DNA of 64,000 nt, taken from Candidatus Micrarchaeota archaeon. Its GTDB lineage: Archaea > Micrarchaeota > Micrarchaeia > Micrarchaeales > CABMGC01. Shown in pieces: positions 62,945 to 64,000 of this stretch (the first letter of the stretch is position 1; every line of letters starts with the position of its first letter). The stretch is from the NCBI GenBank assembly GCA_028867335.1, contig JAGWGN010000002.1, positions 9,829 through 73,828 of the forward strand, given 5' to 3'. A program made the position numbers and the translations under genes. The notes under the pieces were generated by a model, which saw only the letters and a list, made by a program, of their open reading frames with translations, was not told the DNA's origin and did no database searches.

Positions 62945-63137
62945 GTACGATCCCAAGACCGACATTCTGCTAATGATCATAAAAAACGGCATGCCTGATT
63001 TTGGAAAGCGAAGCGGAAATATAATAACACACTACAATAAACGTGGCATTCCGATAGAAATTGAGATACTTGACGCAAGCAAGACAATAATGAAGACGCT
63101 ACTCAAAGGGCGAAAATTAGTTTCCAAAGAGAGATAG
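62934..63137 (+). CDS. DUF2283-like small protein (putative antitoxin)
   Basis: 67 aa. MRYKYDPKTDILLMIIKNG...GIPIEIEILDASK. Overlaps the upstream gene by 11 nt. Confidence 0.55.
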   Translation: MRYKYDPKTDILLMIIKNGMPDFGKRSGNIITHYNKRGIPIEIEILDASKTIMKTLLKGRKLVSKER

Positions 63138-63140
63138 GAA

Positions 63141-63434
63141 TTACTTCTTTGGCTTCTCAAGGTGTCTTTGAGGGACGATTATCTTTCTGACCGTAGACTT
63201 TGAGACAGGGATCCTGACGATGTATGCGGTTCCTCTTTTCTCTATGATCTTGCCGATCTTTCCCCTGTACCTTGGGTGAGGGATGTCTGGGAAGCTTCCC
63301 TTAGGGACAATTGCAACCATGTCCCCTACCTTGAAGTTCTTGATCAGCGTGGTGAGTCCAAGCTTGCCCGGCTGGTGATGCCTTGCCAGGTGCCTTGTCC
63401 TTCCCATGAATAATCCGTGCGATCTTGGTGCCAT
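63141..63434 (-). CDS. rpl21e: 50S ribosomal protein L21e
   Basis: 97 aa. HGLFMGRTRHLARHHQPGKLGLTTLIKNFKVGDMVAIV...HPRYRGKIGKIIEKRGTAYIVRI. Confidence 0.9.
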   Translation of the reverse strand: MAPRSHGLFMGRTRHLARHHQPGKLGLTTLIKNFKVGDMVAIVPKGSFPDIPHPRYRGKIGKIIEKRGTAYIVRIPVSKSTVRKIIVPQRHLEKPKK

Positions 63435-63515
63435 ATGCTCACGTTGTATAATTACAATACTTTATAAACCTCAAATATATATAAATAGCTATCCTGAGTA
63501 TATAAGCGTGATTAA

Positions 63516-63845
63516 ATGGCAAAAAGTGGCAAGCAGATCCCTCGTCCGGTCTTCAGGGTTGAGAACATAGTAGCAAGCTCGGATCTTGGTATAGACCTCG
63601 ACCTCTACGGGATAGCACGGGCTTCCACAGACATCGACTACGAGCCTGAGCAGTTCCCTGGCGCAATCTGCAAGATAAAGGAGCCAAAGACTGCACTTCT
63701 GCTGTTCAAGAACGGAAAGATCATCTGCACGGGAGCAAAGACAGAGGCGGACATAAGGAAGGCGATAGACCAGATAATCAAGATTGTAAAGGGCCACACG
63801 ATAACATACAAGGAGGAGAAGCCGCCGAAGCTGCCAAAGAAGTGA
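63516..63845 (+). CDS. tbp: single-repeat TATA-box-binding protein homolog (half-size TBP)
   Basis: 109 aa. RVENIVASSDLGIDLDLYGIA....DYEPEQFPGAICKIKEPKTALLLFKNGKIICTGAKTEADIRKAIDQIIKIV matches one TBP repeat end to end. A Lys/Pro-rich tail and a TGA stop follow. No second repeat is encoded downstream. Confidence 0.75.
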   Translation: MAKSGKQIPRPVFRVENIVASSDLGIDLDLYGIARASTDIDYEPEQFPGAICKIKEPKTALLLFKNGKIICTGAKTEADIRKAIDQIIKIVKGHTITYKEEKPPKLPKK

Positions 63846-64000
63846 TCACTTTTTTCTCAGTCTGCTCGTGCTGATTTTGTAAATAACATATATCGCAACC
63901 GCAAACACCGCGACTGCGCTTATCACAATGCTCACGCTGTTTGAGGCAAGCCCATAGTAACCAAAGAGCATCAGAACCACGTCCCATATAAGCGCCCCGG
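63846..64000 (-). CDS. C-terminal end of a membrane protein (partial; N terminus beyond the right edge)
   Basis: My own translation in a frame different from track ORF 63778..63987: ...GALIWDVVLMLFGYYGLASNSVSIVISAVAVFAVAIYVIYKISTSRLRKK*. It is a hydrophobic helix with a basic tail. I checked 51 in-frame triplets for stops. Confidence 0.4.
   Translation of the reverse strand, partial: GALIWDVVLMLFGYYGLASNSVSIVISAVAVFAVAIYVIYKISTSRLRKK

Noticed and set aside
63843-63987. TGA read-through or frameshift giving a second TBP repeat; also track ORF 63778..63987 (-)
   Set aside because: Translation beyond the TGA (SLFSQSARADFVNNIYRN...) has no TBP similarity. The - strand ORF in the track is Cys/Arg-rich. 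Another - strand frame gives a clean TM helix plus basic tail ending at 63846, and I prefer that frame.

Overview
Gene-dense archaeal chromosomal segment. All calls were made by eye from the supplied translations and my own reading of the DNA; no searches were run. Archaeal identity rests on eIF-2 gamma, ribosomal proteins S6e and L21e, topoisomerase VI-B, Rpo4/RpoF, a TBP-repeat protein, archease, CDC48/VAT and an intron-containing tRNA. A small-genome DPANN/Micrarchaeota-like origin is only a guess, based on a non-canonical tRNA intron and many LamG surface proteins. Housekeeping blocks (1-10.8 kb, 25.6-38.9 kb, 60.7-64 kb) are interrupted by two large cell-surface loci. Locus 1 (10.8-25.6 kb) has five + strand genes with pilin-like hydrophobic N termini. 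Three of them are giant multi-LamG lectin-domain proteins (1138, 720 and 915 aa). They converge on a - strand type IV filament motor: a FlaI/PilB-type ATPase, two half-size FlaJ/TadB/TadC-type platform proteins and two coiled-coil proteins. Locus 2 (39.0-57.4 kb) is all - strand, with about 17 tightly coupled genes. It encodes a VirB4/TrbE/CedB-like ATPase, two paralogous TM-plus-cytoplasmic-domain proteins, and six tandem paralogous polytopic membrane proteins sharing an LR.f.fTR..GG motif (VirB6/TrbL/CedA-like by architecture). It also encodes two further polytopic proteins and a small VirB2/TrbC-like pilin candidate (signal peptide plus two helices). It is flanked divergently by two PKD-repeat proteins, and their repeat module is also inserted into an external loop of one of the six paralogs. 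No relaxase, coupling protein or integrase is visible. I read locus 2 as a chromosomal translocation apparatus derived from conjugation machinery (Ced/Ted-like) with unusual composition, and it is the best candidate for an undescribed system. Other oddities: a single-repeat (half-size) TBP; a tRNA-Gln with a roughly 20-nt D-loop intron; a Nudix-UDG fusion; a CBS-HPF-like fusion; an archaeosortase-like protein; three tandem RCK/TrkA-N genes; a stand-alone CDC48 N-domain protein in an AT-rich block; and a DUF4258/DUF2283 toxin-antitoxin-like pair. No rRNA, CRISPR array or transposase was seen.
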